DNA of 64,000 nucleotides from Adineta vaga (Eukaryota; Animalia; Rotifera): NCBI GenBank assembly GCA_021613535.1, contig CP075493.1, positions 9,858,001 to 9,922,000 of the forward strand, read 5' to 3'. Shown piece by piece: positions 61,241 to 64,000 of this stretch (position 1 is its first letter; each line of letters starts with the position of its first letter). The notes under the pieces were generated by a model. It saw only the letters and a program-made list of their open reading frames with translations, ran no database searches and was not told where the DNA came from. The position numbers and the translations under genes were made by a program.

Positions 61241-63936
61241 TTAGAAAAAACTATTTGAAAAAACGAAACTCATAAATAAAACTAAAAGGAATTCTATTCG
61301 AACGAATTCGTTTCGTTTCGAATTATTCTTTTTATTACATGACCATCCAACTTGTAATTGACCTTGTTCGACTAATTCTTCTAAATAATCTTTCAATGGT
61401 TGAAAATAACGTAAACATGATTGTGCAGAAAATGTTCGTACACCGGCGAATTCTTCTAAAATATCTTCCCAAGGTTTTGACGAGCCCAATCCAAGTAATA
61501 ATCTAAACAATTTCATTTTATTTATCAATCTTATGGAACCGTTAATTAAACGTACTTTAATTTTTTACCCGCAGCAATTGAGCCATGTAAATCACAGAGA
61601 TGTAATGGTCCTTTATAACCTGCTTCTTGACATAAAACATCGAAAATTTGAAATTGAAAAACATGGGCAAGAAAATATCTAAATGAACATTTTAAGTTTT
61701 TTTTTTCTTTTTTGAATAAAGGAATCAGATTTCATTACTTGATATACGATAAATCAAAAGCTACATGAAGTTTAGTGCCTGCATCGAAATATCGTTCATT
61801 ACGAGCTGTCATTGGTTTCATTCCTTGATATTCACAACTAAACGATAAGCATAGAAAAATCTATTTTTTTTGTGAAGATTCAAAAAAGAATATTTACACA
61901 AGATCCCAATAACGTTGATTGTATTCGAATGGTTGAACTGATCCATTGTAAACTGACCAACGCCAAGTATCAAGTGCATATGCATAGGGTGGTAAAAATA
62001 ATCGACTTAAACCTTGTGATACTAAGAACTTAATCGTATCCTCTAAAACAAAGCTCATTCGATACAGAATTTATACTAAAGAAAAACTAGCTAACCTCGA
62101 GATGATGCATAGTTTTCTAAAAGACCAATACGTTTTAAATGTGTTGGTGACATGGCTGCTAATGCAATGGCATCACCGATTGCTTCGCTAAATGCTCCAT
62201 GTGGTGAACGACGAAACCAATATGGCAATGATTTATATTGTAAATAATGTTGAATATGACCCATTTCATGATGAACAATATAAAAATCACGCGATGTTAA
62301 ACTTGTACACATACGAATTCTATGACAAGGAAATTCTCAATATTTCGATGAATAACAATCGAATAAAATCATACCGAACATCATCATATTTATACATATC
62401 AAAAGCAGTTGGATGACAAGCCATATGTCGATCAGGAATCTTTTTAAAAACTGAGAAATTCCAAAATCGATCGGAAGCTTGAGTTAAATTTAACGAAACA
62501 AAAAATTCATCAGCATATCGAAAGATTTTTTCTTCTGTAAAATTCTAATGAGAAGAAAAAGTTAATTTCAATCACATAATTATAAAGTAAGAAGACAAAA
62601 TACTTTTCGTTTCATTGCTGGACCTAAATCAATCCCTTTTACATGGGGAAATGGTAGAACGTCTTTTTCTAAATATGTCATCATTGAACCGAAAATATCC
62701 TCTACAAAAACAAAGATTAATTTATGTTTTTATGAATTCATATTTGATACTGGTTAGATGAATTGGAATAGGTTGATCCAGTTGAATGAGACCAGGATAG
62801 AGTCGACTCATCTGTTGCCTTATATAAGCATGTAAAAGACGATGTAATGGTTTTAATTCTTGCCATAATTGTTCGACAATACGACGTTCTTCATCGTTTG
62901 TTGTTGAATCCGTTTTATCATTCATACCTTTGAAGAAAATCAAAATGAAATAGTTACCTGAAAAACAGACAACAAATTAGGGAAAGATATTAGACTTTTA
63001 ATCATATTCTCTTCGATATAACTGACAAATTCAAGAAGAAGACAACTTCGAGAATTAAATATGAGAGTGGGTTACTGCTAAGGTACGGTTCTGTTTGGCT
63101 TGTTGATTTTGTACAGCAATTAATGTTGAATAATGATCACGCATTGATATCGGTACTTCATACGTTGCATTCCATAAGGATAATAAATCATCAGGTGATT
63201 CAAGTGAACCCAGTAATTCTTGTACTTCTATTAAAAACAAAAACACATCATGTTCGTTACTAATTTAAATCAACGTACCATCAACGCCTAATCGTGTACC
63301 ATTCCAGATAAATTTTCGATGATAAATTTCTTTAACGCGAGTTTTTAATTTTTGTAATTCAAATTTAATTATTGTATCATTTTCTCCTGCATCACCAATC
63401 GATTGTGTACGTAATAATAACCAATGTAAAGATGATTCATTACGAGCCATTAAATCCTTAAATTTTCGTCCAACAATAGCAATTGTTTTTAAACAAGTAC
63501 GATAAAGTTCATAGTTTTTTTCCTGAATTCAAATATAAGAATATTTCACAAAGATCAACGACGAAAAATTTCTTACTGTTAATCGTTTTTTATTCAAATC
63601 ATTTAGATGTAAATGTGTTTCGAATTCTGATGATGATGTTATGTAAGCAAGAGTCGTTATATTTCTATCATATATATCCAAAATTGATTTTGCCTATCGG
63701 AGAAAAAATAAACGATATGATAAACTTCAGATTAAATGTCACACTTTTGCGCAACTATGAGTTCGAGAAAATAGTTAAAAAGAAAGTTTATTTACATATT
63801 CTTCTTGTTCTTTAATTGTCATTTTTTCTAATTTCTCTTGATCAATATCGATATCATTACATTCGACAATTTCTTCTATATTTTGACAATAAATATTTAG
63901 TATACCAAAGTAGAAAATAATCAGAATGCTTTTCAT
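61241..63936 (-). CDS. Angiotensin-converting-enzyme-like peptidase (M2), single domain
   Basis: Signal peptide MKSILIIFYFGILNIYC; LKPLHRLLHAYIR; ACHPTAFD; zinc motif HHEMGH; EAIGD; YFLAHVFQFQ; LGSSKPW; YFQPL; hydrophobic C-terminus (GPI- or TM-like). Confidence 0.93.
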
Positions 63937-64000
63937 TCTTCTGTCTAAATAAATATATACGAGTTCAATCATCAAATCTTCATGATACTTACATGTCAAT

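Overview
Very AT-rich (roughly 30% GC by eye), gene-dense eukaryotic DNA with many ~50-60 nt GT-AG introns. Gene content and style (tiny introns, an intronless bacterial-type gene, an ankyrin-ADP-ribosyltransferase) fit a bdelloid rotifer; the taxon is inferred, not proven. Genes in order: androglobin (5'-truncated, +); disordered protein with a C-terminal PDZ (+); orphan gene (+); extended ribosomal protein eL29 (+); intronless ROK/phosphomannose-isomerase-like fusion (-); Scribble (+) with a long ORF nested in an intron; divergent bHLH-PAS (-); catalase (-); pancreatic-type lipase (-); kexin/furin-family convertase (-); CWF19L2 (-); Discs-large (+); ACAD8 (+); nAChR alpha subunit (+); intronless ankyrin-ART (-); single-domain ACE (-). 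Main highlights: (1) a bacterial-looking ROK + PMI-like fusion in which both active sites look degenerate; (2) only 34 nt between the CWF19L2 stop and the convertase ATG, ending in a splice acceptor (operon/trans-splicing or interleaved genes); (3) a myristoylation-motif ankyrin ART with an intact R-S-E motif; (4) scrib and dlg about 20 kb apart; (5) three apparent 1-nt deletions in otherwise intact genes. No tRNA, rRNA, CRISPR array or recognisable transposon was seen. Exon boundaries were read by eye and family assignments come from remembered motifs, not database searches.
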